Positions 46,441 through 55,935 of a stretch of DNA of 64,000 nucleotides are shown piece by piece. The stretch comes from Clostridia bacterium (GTDB lineage: Bacteria > Bacillota > Clostridia > TANB77 > CAG-508), in NCBI GenBank assembly GCA_017625035.1, contig JAGALX010000014.1:9437-73436 (forward strand). Direction: 5' to 3'. The notes under the pieces were generated by a model. It searched no databases, was not told where the DNA came from, and saw only the letters and a program-made list of their open reading frames with translations. The stretch's first letter is position 1. Each line of letters starts with the position of its first letter. The position numbers and the translations under genes are program-made.

Positions 46441-47562
46441 TCAATTTTTCCTTTTTTGGTAATTATATTCTATTAAATCACATAATAGTAATTTAATTAC
46501 TGCTGCAATTGGTACTGCTAAAAACATTCCAAGTATTCCAAAATATGCACCACCTATTGTTACGGAAAATATTACAAGTAATGGACTCATTTTTAGTGAT
46601 TCTCCAACAATTTTTGGATTTATAACATTTGCATCTATTTGTTGTAATATTACAACTACTATAGCCATTTCTATTGCTTTTGATAATCCTCCAGTTAAAA
46701 TAGTTATGAATATAGAAATAACTACTGCCATTATTGCTCCAAAGTATGGTATCATATTAAATATTCCTATAAATAATCCTAATAATATAGAATACTTTAC
46801 TCCCATTATTGACATTGCGATTGATGCTAATACACCAACAACAATAGCGTCTAGGAATTGACTTACTAGAAATTTACAAAATATTTCGTTTGTTCTATGA
46901 AAATATTTTCCAATATTTTGATATGTTTCTTTACAAAAAATTGAACCTAACAATTTTTTAAAAAAGCTAACTATTTCTTTTCTTTCTAATAATAAATATA
47001 TCGATACTACTAATGATACAAATATATCGAATATTCCAGATGCAAAACTTAGTACTCCTTGTGCATATTTAGTTATTCTATCTAGATTTATGTATTCTTG
47101 TATATTGAAATTGTTTAGTTGATTAATTGCATTAATTACATTATCACTTTTTAAAATTGAGTCTTCTGGTAATGACATTATTTTTTCTTTTATAGTATTA
47201 TAATAAGTTTGGAAATTATTTACTAAATCTTGAAAACTGTCTACTATGGCTGGTACAAAAAATCTAATTGCAATAATACATAATATTATTACTAATATGT
47301 ATACAGTTAAAACACTAAGCAATCTAGATTTTTTTCTTATAAATTTTGCTTTATTATAAATACTTTCTAATTTTCTAGATGGTATATATAAAATATATGC
47401 AATAATAACACCTATAATAAATGGAGTTACTATGGAAAATAAATTAGATACCCATGTACTTATTGCTAAAAATGAATCTAATATTTTATATACTAGTATA
47501 AGAGCAAACGCTAGTGAGAACCAATACATCCATTTAGTTAAGACTTTCCTATCTTTTTTCAT
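46441..47562 (-). CDS. AI-2E family transporter / YtvI-like membrane protein
   Basis: About 8 TM helices and a typical AI-2E (PerM) layout. The ATG at 47562 is preferred over the TTG at 47586. Confidence 0.7.
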   Translation of the reverse strand: MKKDRKVLTKWMYWFSLAFALILVYKILDSFLAISTWVSNLFSIVTPFIIGVIIAYILYIPSRKLESIYNKAKFIRKKSRLLSVLTVYILVIILCIIAIRFFVPAIVDSFQDLVNNFQTYYNTIKEKIMSLPEDSILKSDNVINAINQLNNFNIQEYINLDRITKYAQGVLSFASGIFDIFVSLVVSIYLLLERKEIVSFFKKLLGSIFCKETYQNIGKYFHRTNEIFCKFLVSQFLDAIVVGVLASIAMSIMGVKYSILLGLFIGIFNMIPYFGAIMAVVISIFITILTGGLSKAIEMAIVVVILQQIDANVINPKIVGESLKMSPLLVIFSVTIGGAYFGILGMFLAVPIAAVIKLLLCDLIEYNYQKRKN

Positions 47563-47757
47563 ATACCCTTCCCTTTCATTTTTCAATACTCATTTTATTA
47601 TAACACATATTTCCATATTTTTCCACTTTATGTTTACAGTTTTGGAAAAAGATATAGAATCAAGGGGGATAGTGCAACTTTCCCTATGTACATTGTGCAA
47701 AAATTAAAGAGATAGAATTTTTTTGTTTTTTCTATCTCTTCATTTCATAATTATTTT

Positions 47758-48753
47758 TTAAAATTCATATATATAGCATTCTAAATTTCTTCTACCAAAA
47801 TTTATACATTCAGAGTATGATGACATATATACATCTAATTTATTATTTGTTATAGCTCCACCTCTGTCTTGTACTATAAACCATCCACCATTTGGTTGAT
47901 TTGCAAAGTATGGTATATATATAATTGTACCCATTGCATATCCTTTACCTGCAGCAACTGTATACCATGCTTTAGCTGTAGCGCCACATGCTGTTTTTGT
48001 ATTTCCACCACATGATGCAGCACAATATGCTGATGCATTTAAAGTTGTTACTTTTGGTGTCATACCTGAAACTTTTGATGCAAGTGAAGAAGTACTATTT
48101 GATACACTTGGTGCACTTGTAGAAACTGATGAAGAACTTCTTGATGTTACTTGTACAACTTTTTTATTTCTAATTTCTTTTATACAGTTTACTGGATTTT
48201 GTATAACATTTTCTGAGATTTGGATTTTTTCCACTTCTTGCCCATTTAAATATTTTACTTTGTATGATATTTCTTTTAATCCATCTACACCATTTTGTAC
48301 TATTTTTACTTCTTTTTGTCCGTTTCCTGTTGAAAGATCTTTTGTTTCTGTTTCGTATGCTATAGTAACTTGTTCCTTGATTATTTTTTCTGTTACAGAA
48401 TTATAATCTGCTAATACCTTTTCCATAGATAATTCTTCTGATACTATTTCGGTTTCTTTAGAATTAACTCCGTTTTGAGCAATTCTTATTGTTTTGTTAT
48501 CAGATATTTCTTCATCTAAGCTTGGTATTACGTTTTCAGTTGGTAGTAATATTATATGGTTTTCATCTAATATTTCTGAAATTTTTGTTTTTGATGTTAA
48601 TACGTCCATTTCGTAACCATCTGAAAGTATTATTTTTACGTTATTAAGCTTTGAACTTGCTGCCATAACTCCTATTCCCATAATGAATAATAAAATTATG
48701 CTTATTGATATCACTTTTTTTAAGGATATCGAAGCTTTATCATCTTTCTTCAT
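47758..48753 (-). CDS. YabE-like protein (DUF348/G5 plus C-terminal 3D domain)
   Basis: TM anchor, a G5-like middle region, and a C-terminal 3D-type domain (QDRGGAITNNKLDVYM). It lies downstream of tatD as yabE does in Bacilli. Confidence 0.65.
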   Translation of the reverse strand: MKKDDKASISLKKVISISIILLFIMGIGVMAASSKLNNVKIILSDGYEMDVLTSKTKISEILDENHIILLPTENVIPSLDEEISDNKTIRIAQNGVNSKETEIVSEELSMEKVLADYNSVTEKIIKEQVTIAYETETKDLSTGNGQKEVKIVQNGVDGLKEISYKVKYLNGQEVEKIQISENVIQNPVNCIKEIRNKKVVQVTSRSSSSVSTSAPSVSNSTSSLASKVSGMTPKVTTLNASAYCAASCGGNTKTACGATAKAWYTVAAGKGYAMGTIIYIPYFANQPNGGWFIVQDRGGAITNNKLDVYMSSYSECINFGRRNLECYIYEF

Positions 48754-48993
48754 AAGAAATTCGTTCCCTCCTTTTTTAGCAACGTGTTTATTATAGCATT
48801 TTTAATTATTTTTGTCAAATTTATGCATATTAGCAGCAATTTTCTAGGCGAATCTTACTTTTACGCTTCACTTTTTCTAGTTACAATTTTATGTTTTTCT
48901 ACTTTGTACTAATATTTTGCTTTTACTCCATTTACTACTAATATTTTCCAGTTTATTCTATTTATATTATATTCAAAATGTTAAATTTTATTC

Positions 48994-49773
48994 TTATTTT
49001 ATATCAAATACTTGTCTTGCATTTTTGTATGTTATTTCAGCTACTTGATCAATATCAATATTTTTAAATTTTGCTATTTTTTCTGCTATATATTTAACAT
49101 TTCTTGAATCATTTCGCTTTCCTCTATTTGGTTCAGGAGATAAATATGGACTATCTGTTTCAATTAATATTTTATCTAATGGAACAATATTTACAATTTC
49201 TTCTGCATTTTTTGAATTTTTAAATGTTACAGGTCCTGCAAAAGATATATAAAATCCTTTATCTAGTCCAGCTTGTACTAAATCTTTATTGAATGGACAA
49301 CAATGAAAAACTCCTGGTTTGACAAAATTTGTGTTTTTTATTATATCAATTGTATCCATTATAGCATCTCTTGTGTGTATCACTATTGGTAAATTAAGTT
49401 TATTTGCTATTTCTATTTGTTTTAAAAATACATATTTTTGTAAATCTTTGTTTTCTTTATTCCAATAATAGTCTAGTCCAATTTCACCAATTGCTAGCAC
49501 TTTTGGATTATTTTTTGCTAATTCTTCTATTTGTAATAATTGTGAATCGACTTTATCTTTTTCATGTGAGATATCGTTTGGTGATATTCCACAGGTAGTA
49601 TATACAAAATCATATTTGTTTGAAAGTTCAATTCCTTTTTTTGAAGACTTTAGATTATATCCTGCACTTACAAATTTTGTAACACCAGAATTATATATTT
49701 CTTTTATTATATAATCTCTATCTTTATCAAATTTTTCATCATCATAATGTGCATGAGAATCAAATAATTCCAT
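48994..49773 (-). CDS. tatD: TatD-family metal-dependent DNase/hydrolase
   Basis: MELFDSHAHYDDEKF, EIGLDYYW, VIHTRDA and ETDSPYL motifs. Confidence 0.9.
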   Translation of the reverse strand: MELFDSHAHYDDEKFDKDRDYIIKEIYNSGVTKFVSAGYNLKSSKKGIELSNKYDFVYTTCGISPNDISHEKDKVDSQLLQIEELAKNNPKVLAIGEIGLDYYWNKENKDLQKYVFLKQIEIANKLNLPIVIHTRDAIMDTIDIIKNTNFVKPGVFHCCPFNKDLVQAGLDKGFYISFAGPVTFKNSKNAEEIVNIVPLDKILIETDSPYLSPEPNRGKRNDSRNVKYIAEKIAKFKNIDIDQVAEITYKNARQVFDIK

Positions 49774-49782
49774 ATATTCCTC

Positions 49783-50151
49783 CTATTTTATAGCCACAAT
49801 TGCTGTAGCCATAGCATATTCTTTTACATGGGATATACTAATATCAATATCTTCTATGAAATCTACATTATTTAAATTAACGTGTGGTTTTCCAGAAGAA
49901 TTATTTATTATTTCGATATCTTTCCAATTAATTTGGTATTTGTTATTTAATTTGCTTGAAATAGCCTTAAATATGGCTTCTTTGGCTGCAAATCTACCTG
50001 CATAAGATTGATACTTGTTTATGCCCTTGCTTTCACAGTATTCAATTTCTTTATTAGTAAAAACTTTATTTTTAAATTTTTCGTTATACTTTTCACAAAG
50101 TTTTTTTATTCTTTCCGTTTCAATTATATCATTACCAATATTTAATTTCAT
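49783..50151 (-). CDS. acpS: Holo-[acyl-carrier-protein] synthase
   Basis: IGNDIIETERI, FAAKEAIFKA and ISISHVKEYA; 122 aa. Confidence 0.9.
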   Translation of the reverse strand: MKLNIGNDIIETERIKKLCEKYNEKFKNKVFTNKEIEYCESKGINKYQSYAGRFAAKEAIFKAISSKLNNKYQINWKDIEIINNSSGKPHVNLNNVDFIEDIDISISHVKEYAMATAIVAIK

Positions 50152-50185
50152 TATTTTTCACCAACTTTTTTAAAATTTATTTTCG

Positions 50186-50374
50186 GGCGGTGGAATTGGG
50201 GACGGTTCTGTTTTCCCATTTTTGGGAATTTGGGACATTCTTCAAATCAATAATGAAGATTTTTAACGTTCCCAATTTGCAAAGCAATAACAACTTATAT
50301 ATTTGCAGAAAATTTCAAAGACTGTCCCAAATTCCCAAAAATGGGAAAACAGAACCGTCCCCAATTCCACCGCC
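50186..50374. mobile_element. MITE-like non-coding element with perfect 52-bp terminal inverted repeats
   Basis: GGCGGTGGAATTGGGGACGGTTCTGTTTTCCCATTTTTGGGAATTTGGGACA (50186-50237) is the exact reverse complement of 50323-50374. An 85-bp core holds a GGGAACGTTAAAAATCTTC motif copy. Confidence 0.7.
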
Positions 50375-50413
50375 ATTCACTGCATACAATAAAACGGCCA
50401 AAAGGCCGCTTTA

Positions 50414-51928
50414 CTATTCGCACACATAGTATGCAGTATTAACATTTTCAGCTAAGTGCCATTTTCCAATAACACTAATTTTTGATATATCAGAAAGCTC
50501 ATATTTAGGCTCTGCAAGTACATTTCCATATTGGTCTATTACTCCCCATTTTCCATCTTTTTTAACTGCAACAAAACCATATTCATTTTGCTCTTTGATA
50601 TCTTCATATTGATATTGAACAACTAAAGTTCCATCTTTATTTACTAATCCATATTTACCATCATTTTTAGCAACATATAATGTATTATTACCAAACACAT
50701 CTCTATTTGTTTTTTCTTCAAATTTTAAATTGTAGAACTTATATTCATTATCAACATTTATTCTTATGTATCCATTATGTACAGTTGGATTCATACCTGT
50801 CAATTTTAATTGTAAATTTCTATCTATTAAATAAGTATTTGAATCGTTTGATTTAGTACCTTCTAAACAATCTGCATCTTTATTAAACTTTAAAGAATCA
50901 TATTCAAATTGTACTAATATTTCTTCATTAGAATTTATTATTCCATATTTATTATCTTTTTTAGCTATATAATAGTCTGAAAAAGCGTATTGTATATTTT
51001 GATATTCACTTTTTACTTTTTCTGTTTTATCAATTCCAGAAATACCATATTTACCATTATTTACTACTACCAAGTTTTCACCATCTATTGATTTAACATC
51101 ACTGTAGTTTATTTCAATGTTTTTATCACCAGATTTATTTACAATTTTCCAAGTATCATCTTCTTTTACAATATACATGTCGTTTCCAAATACATGTTTT
51201 ATATCAGAATATTTAAAATCTAGTATTTGCTCTTTGTTTATTCCCATTATACCAAATTTTCCGTCTGCATTTTTTACTATGTATCCATTTGTATAATCAG
51301 TTGTTAAAGCTGATATTTCTGCATAATTTGCATCTATTATTATATTTCCTGATGTGTTAACTAAACCATATGAATTGTCTTTTTGTACTAGTATACTATT
51401 TTTTGCTCCTTTTATAGTTTCTATTTTATCGTATTGACATGCAAGTATTTCATTTCCATCTAGGTTTATTAATCCATATTTTCCGTCTTTTTCTACTTTT
51501 AAAACATTATCTTCATACCAAATGTTATTGTTTTGGTCATAATTACTTAGTGCTTCAACAGAATTGTATGATGTGTATAATTGCTCATTTTTAGAATTTA
51601 CTGCTTTTGATTTGTATGTTCCATCTGAGTAATTTACTTCATACACACATACAAATACTTCTTTTTTTGGATTTGGTATAACTATCATTTCGCCATTTGT
51701 TGGCTCTATGATATTTTCGCCTTTTGAGTTTATTACTCCCCATTTTCCATTATTGTATGCTGTAAAATATGAAATTTCAGTAAAATTATTAACTGTTGTT
51801 TCATCTTTTTTTAGCATTTTTTTAATTCCTATGAAAAACATTATAATTACAATGATTGTTATAATTACGGCAAATACTTTTTTCATATTTAACTTTTGTT
51901 CACCATTATATCTTTTTCCTCTACTCAT
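50414..51928 (-). CDS. WG-repeat (KWG-like) protein with N-terminal membrane anchor
   Basis: Many repeats of the form DGKYGLIN..G..I/GKWGVI...G. The start MSRGKRYNGE follows GGGAGGA at 51928; the ORF-track start at 52093 overlaps the upstream gene. Confidence 0.7.
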   Translation of the reverse strand: MSRGKRYNGEQKLNMKKVFAVIITIIVIIMFFIGIKKMLKKDETTVNNFTEISYFTAYNNGKWGVINSKGENIIEPTNGEMIVIPNPKKEVFVCVYEVNYSDGTYKSKAVNSKNEQLYTSYNSVEALSNYDQNNNIWYEDNVLKVEKDGKYGLINLDGNEILACQYDKIETIKGAKNSILVQKDNSYGLVNTSGNIIIDANYAEISALTTDYTNGYIVKNADGKFGIMGINKEQILDFKYSDIKHVFGNDMYIVKEDDTWKIVNKSGDKNIEINYSDVKSIDGENLVVVNNGKYGISGIDKTEKVKSEYQNIQYAFSDYYIAKKDNKYGIINSNEEILVQFEYDSLKFNKDADCLEGTKSNDSNTYLIDRNLQLKLTGMNPTVHNGYIRINVDNEYKFYNLKFEEKTNRDVFGNNTLYVAKNDGKYGLVNKDGTLVVQYQYEDIKEQNEYGFVAVKKDGKWGVIDQYGNVLAEPKYELSDISKISVIGKWHLAENVNTAYYVCE

Positions 51929-52000
51929 TATAATCCTCCCAAAAATATTATGTTTATAATATATCATATTTTGACTATAAATTACAATATTTTTGCAATA

Positions 52001-52028
52001 AAAAAAAGAGCTATACGCTCTTTTTTTT
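52001..52028 (-). terminator. Short A/T-flanked hairpin after the YdjI-like gene
   Basis: AAAAAAAGAGC-TATAC-GCTCTTTTTTTT. Confidence 0.4.
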
Positions 52029-53283
52029 ATTGCTCCACCTTTGTTCCACATTCTGAACAAAATTTGGCTCCTTGTCTTACTTCTTTTCCACAATTTGTGC
52101 AGAATTTTTTTGTGTTTTCTGGTTTTTTAGTTCCACATTCTGGACAGAATTTTCCACCTGCTTTTGTGTGGCAATTTGGGCATTCCCATTCACCTCTATT
52201 ACTTGTTTGAGCTACTGACTGTGGATTTGCTTGTGGCGCATTATTTACTGATTGTTGTTGGATATTGTTTATTGGTTGTTGTTGTACTGGTGGTGTTGTA
52301 TCTTGCCATACACTTTGAGATACGCCTCCCATTACACCTCCAGAAGCCATATTCATCATGCCAATTCCTAAGAATCCATTCATTGCCCCTTCACTGTTAG
52401 CTCCTGCTGCTTTTACAGCTTCTCCATAGTCACTTGCTAATTTTGCTTTTAACAATTTACTATTAGAAGCCAATTCATACTCATCAATTTTTTGTTGTGA
52501 TGCCTCATCTGGAGTTACAGATTCTATTACAAATGATTTTATTGATAATCCTCTTGCACGTATTGGTTCATCAAACACTTTTTCATCCATCATTTGTTTC
52601 ATTTCATCTGTTTGACTTGGTAGCTCTAATGGTGAAATTTTATTTTTTGAATTTCCCAATTCGTTTAATACGTTTTGTAAAACTCCAACAACTTCACTTC
52701 TCATTTGACCTTCCATTAGTTCTTTTTTGTAGTATATATCTGCTGTTCCAGCAATTTCACTCATAAATACTGCTGGGTTAGTCATTTTAAAACTATATGT
52801 ACCATAACATCTGATATTTATGCTTAATGGTGTCCTTTCTCCATTTACTTCATTTAATATTGAATGTAACCAATCCCCATATGGTATTGGTGTTTTTGTT
52901 CCAAATTTATTATCTACAATTTCTTTTACATTGAAGAAGAAAACAGCTTGTTGTTTTGCAGATGCTCCATTATATGTGAATCTTTGCCACATTTCTTTGA
53001 AAACTGCACCAAATTGTCCAGCAAAGAATGATGGTGTTGATGAATCATCAAATGTATATAAACCTTCTTCAGCTGTTGCATCAATTACTCTACCATTATC
53101 GTATATAATTGCACATTGACCAGGCCCTACTATAATTGTACTTTTATTTGAAATTACACCTGTACTTGTTGTTTTTTTCATCATTAGTATATCATTTCCC
53201 ATGTCTTCGCATCTAATTGCTTCTTTCCATTGATCTTTAAATGTACTTCCTATTGCTCCTGCGGCAGCTTTAATTAATCCCAT
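52027..53283 (-). CDS. YdjI-like SPFH/virion-core-like protein with two C-terminal zinc ribbons
   Basis: IIVGPGQCAIIYDNGRV resembles B. subtilis YdjI as I recall it. The tail has a Q/N-rich linker, then CPNCHTKAGGKFCPECG and CTNCGKEVRQGAKFCSECG. Confidence 0.65.
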   Translation of the reverse strand: MGLIKAAAGAIGSTFKDQWKEAIRCEDMGNDILMMKKTTSTGVISNKSTIIVGPGQCAIIYDNGRVIDATAEEGLYTFDDSSTPSFFAGQFGAVFKEMWQRFTYNGASAKQQAVFFFNVKEIVDNKFGTKTPIPYGDWLHSILNEVNGERTPLSINIRCYGTYSFKMTNPAVFMSEIAGTADIYYKKELMEGQMRSEVVGVLQNVLNELGNSKNKISPLELPSQTDEMKQMMDEKVFDEPIRARGLSIKSFVIESVTPDEASQQKIDEYELASNSKLLKAKLASDYGEAVKAAGANSEGAMNGFLGIGMMNMASGGVMGGVSQSVWQDTTPPVQQQPINNIQQQSVNNAPQANPQSVAQTSNRGEWECPNCHTKAGGKFCPECGTKKPENTKKFCTNCGKEVRQGAKFCSECGTKVEQ

Positions 53284-53293
53284 ATTTTACCTC

Positions 53294-54055
53294 CTAATAT
53301 TTATAATCTTCTTTATAAGAAGACATTTTCCAAGCTTTTAAATTTATGTTTTCTATGTATGTTGAACAATATTCGCAATAATTTGTTTTTATGTTTCTTA
53401 ATGGTGCTCCACAGTTTGGACAGTGCACCGAAAAAGAAGCTTGGTTATCATTGAATTTTGCTTCATCATATACATATATAAATTCTGAAGTATATCTTGT
53501 TTGTTTTTTTATATTTGAAAATGATTTTTTATCTTTTCTATTTGTTGTGTAGTAGTAACTTAATGTAGTTGATAACTGTATTGTGGCTTTACCATTTTTT
53601 TTAGTATATGCACTTATTGCATGTCTGTAAAACTCTATATTATCGTATTTTTCTGTTATATTGTTTGATTTCATATCTTCTATTTGCTCTGAAATTTTCT
53701 TTTTTAAATGAATCAAATTTGGGTCTTTATTTATTTTTGTAGAATTTCGTGATTCTAATGAATTTAATATTTTTATTAAATTTGATTCGCACATAGAAAA
53801 TATTAAGTCTTTATTAAATTCTGGAAAATCTCTTAAGATTTCTTCTTCTAATAATTTTGTCATTCCTCTGACATTTTTTTCTCGGCTATATTCTTCTTTT
53901 TCATAATCGCTTGCATTTGATATAGCATTGGTTAATGCCTTCATATTTGTAGCTCCAACTGCTGATTTAATTTTACAATATATTATGAAAATTGTAATTC
54001 CTATAGCTAATAATATTCCTAATAATGCTCCTATTAATGATATAAAAAAGTTCAT
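53294..54055 (-). CDS. Membrane-anchored protein with C-terminal zinc ribbon
   Basis: N-terminal TM helix; CPNCGAPL...CEYCSTY. Confidence 0.5.
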   Translation of the reverse strand: MNFFISLIGALLGILLAIGITIFIIYCKIKSAVGATNMKALTNAISNASDYEKEEYSREKNVRGMTKLLEEEILRDFPEFNKDLIFSMCESNLIKILNSLESRNSTKINKDPNLIHLKKKISEQIEDMKSNNITEKYDNIEFYRHAISAYTKKNGKATIQLSTTLSYYYTTNRKDKKSFSNIKKQTRYTSEFIYVYDEAKFNDNQASFSVHCPNCGAPLRNIKTNYCEYCSTYIENINLKAWKMSSYKEDYKY

Positions 54056-54165
54056 AAAAATCCTTTCAAATATAAGCTCATATACTCATATTACATTTAA
54101 ACTTGTTTTTTGTCAATATATGATATATTAAAAAAAATATGAGCCGAAATAAATCGACTCATATT

Positions 54166-54251
54166 TGGTGGGCAGGGATGGATTCGAACCATCGTACTCG
54201 AATGAGAACAGATTTACAGTCTGCCGCCTTTAGCCACTCGGCCACCTACCC
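54166..54251 (-). tRNA. tRNA-Tyr (GTA), long variable arm, CCA encoded
   Basis: The reverse complement folds as GGGTAGG acceptor, anticodon loop CTGTAAA, T-loop GGTTCGAATCC, and ends CCCACCA. Confidence 0.9.
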
Positions 54252-54326
54252 AGATATTAAATTTTAATAAAAAAATGAATACTGTATATTATTTAATGAT
54301 ATTATAACGGTATTCATTTTTTGTGA

Positions 54327-54400
54327 TGTGCTTTCAAGGATTTAAACCTTGGTCTTCCCGGTTATGAGCCGGTTGCTCTAATCAATTGAGCTAAAAGCTT
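54327..54400 (-). tRNA. Diverged tRNA-like copy with CAT anticodon (possible pseudogene)
   Basis: Its anticodon arm matches the neighbouring tRNA(CAT). Acceptor pairs 1-72 and 2-71 are mismatched, the T-loop is TTTAAAT, the D-loop has a single G, and no CCA is encoded. Confidence 0.5.
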
Positions 54401-54403
54401 TTA

Positions 54404-54480
54404 TGGTGCGCCCTCAAGGATTCGAACCTTGGACCCACCGGTTATGAGCCGGTTGCTCTGACCAACTGAGCTAAGGGCGC
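54404..54480 (-). tRNA. tRNA with CAT anticodon (Met or, by its CTCATAA loop and A/T-closed anticodon stem, possibly Ile2/lysidine type)
   Basis: GCGCCCT/AGGGCGC acceptor, loop CTCATAA, T-loop GGTTCGAATCC, CCA encoded. Confidence 0.85.
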
Positions 54481-54668
54481 GTGTCTTTCATCAACGATTG
54501 TTAGTATATAATATAAATTAAAATCTGTCAATACAAATTTTAATTTTTTTTAGATTTTTTTATATGTGTTTATCCAATTGGCTTATATTGCGCACATATT
54601 AGCTTTTAGATTTATACTTTATAATAAATATACTACTCAAAGAAATGAGTAGCATATTTATTATAATT

Positions 54669-55544
54669 TTATTGTTTGTCTTTATTTCGACCTTCAGGCA
54701 ATCCTGTTATTTCTGACATTTCTGGTAGTTCTAGAACTACTTTAATTTTCATAATATATCTTATGCCTCTTATTAATTTCATGTTTTTAATTCTGTCCCA
54801 TAATGAAGGTTTTACTTCTAATGTTGTATCATCTATATATTGTAAGTCTTGATTTTCTTGTGATTCTTCTAGCTCTTGAGCATTTTGCACTGATTGCTCA
54901 TTAGCTTGTTCTTTAACCTCTTCTATATTTTCTATATCTTTTAGTGATTCGGCGATTTCAATTCCTATATAGCTTAAAGCTTTAGATCTATCTTCTATTC
55001 TTTCCATATCAACTTCTATATATAGATTTGATTCTAAATTAGATACTTTTGTATTAATTAAATTTAAAGAATCTAAATAAGTTTGTGTTTTTTTAGATTT
55101 TGCTCTTCCTAATACTCCTAAAGTATCTATTATTTCTTCTGGTAATTTTCCAGATAAGTCTTGTACTTGCTTTTTCCAATTAGGTTCTTTATTTTCTACG
55201 GAAACAAGAACTTCTTTCAATTCAGAAGCTAATGCTATATTAGTTTCTCTTTTGCGGATTAATTCTTCTATTTTTTTTGTATTTTCTTCAAATTGTATAG
55301 TTGCATATTCTATTAAATCATATGCAGCATCATATACACTTTTTGGAAATACATCTTGCTTTGGATATTCTTCTAAATATGATTTTATAGAAGCAATTAA
55401 ATCTAAAAAATAGCTATCTTCTTCTAATTGAACAATTTGTTTTTTGCTTTTTGGGTTTATCATTTTTCGAACTTTTTCTATGTTAGCAAGTATTTTTTCC
55501 TCTGTTATTACCATTCTTACATTCCCATTGCTACTTTTAGCCAT
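54669..55544 (-). CDS. Hypothetical acidic protein (291 aa) between tRNA genes
   Basis: Long ORF with a good RBS (AAGGAGGAAAAG). No motif recognised. Confidence 0.5.
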   Translation of the reverse strand: MAKSSNGNVRMVITEEKILANIEKVRKMINPKSKKQIVQLEEDSYFLDLIASIKSYLEEYPKQDVFPKSVYDAAYDLIEYATIQFEENTKKIEELIRKRETNIALASELKEVLVSVENKEPNWKKQVQDLSGKLPEEIIDTLGVLGRAKSKKTQTYLDSLNLINTKVSNLESNLYIEVDMERIEDRSKALSYIGIEIAESLKDIENIEEVKEQANEQSVQNAQELEESQENQDLQYIDDTTLEVKPSLWDRIKNMKLIRGIRYIMKIKVVLELPEMSEITGLPEGRNKDKQ

Positions 55545-55709
55545 GCAACTTTTCCTCCTTTATCATAAGTATAATATTTGACAATATTATTATACACTTT
55601 TCAACAAAAAACTACAATTACAAAATTGTTTCAATTATATTACAATTTTGTTACAAGTTTTAAAAACGATTATTTTGATAATCGTTTTTGGGTTAGGTAA
55701 ATAATATTT

Positions 55710-55796
55710 TGGTGCCGGTGGTGGGACTCGAACCCACACGCCATTTCTGGCAACAGATTTTGAGTCTGCCTCGTCTACCAATTCCAACACACCGGC
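55710..55796 (-). tRNA. tRNA-Leu (CAA), long variable arm, CCA encoded
   Basis: GCCGGTG acceptor, loop CTCAAAA, T-loop GGTTCGAGTCC, ending CACCGGCACCA. Confidence 0.9.
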
Positions 55797-55935
55797 ATAT
55801 GATATTATCTTAGCATAATATCTTTTTTTTGTCTATTACTTTTTTATAATTTTTTTACTACATTTTTATCGTACAATTTGTGTTTACTTTACAGAATTGA
55901 TTTTAACTTTTCACTTGACCTTATATTTTTATAAT

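Noticed and set aside
50190-50429. 79-aa plus-strand ORF spanning the 52-bp inverted repeats
   Set aside because: Its sequence is dictated by the palindrome (MELGTVLFSHFWEFG ... KTEPSPIPPP mirror the two arms). It has no RBS and is most likely non-coding.
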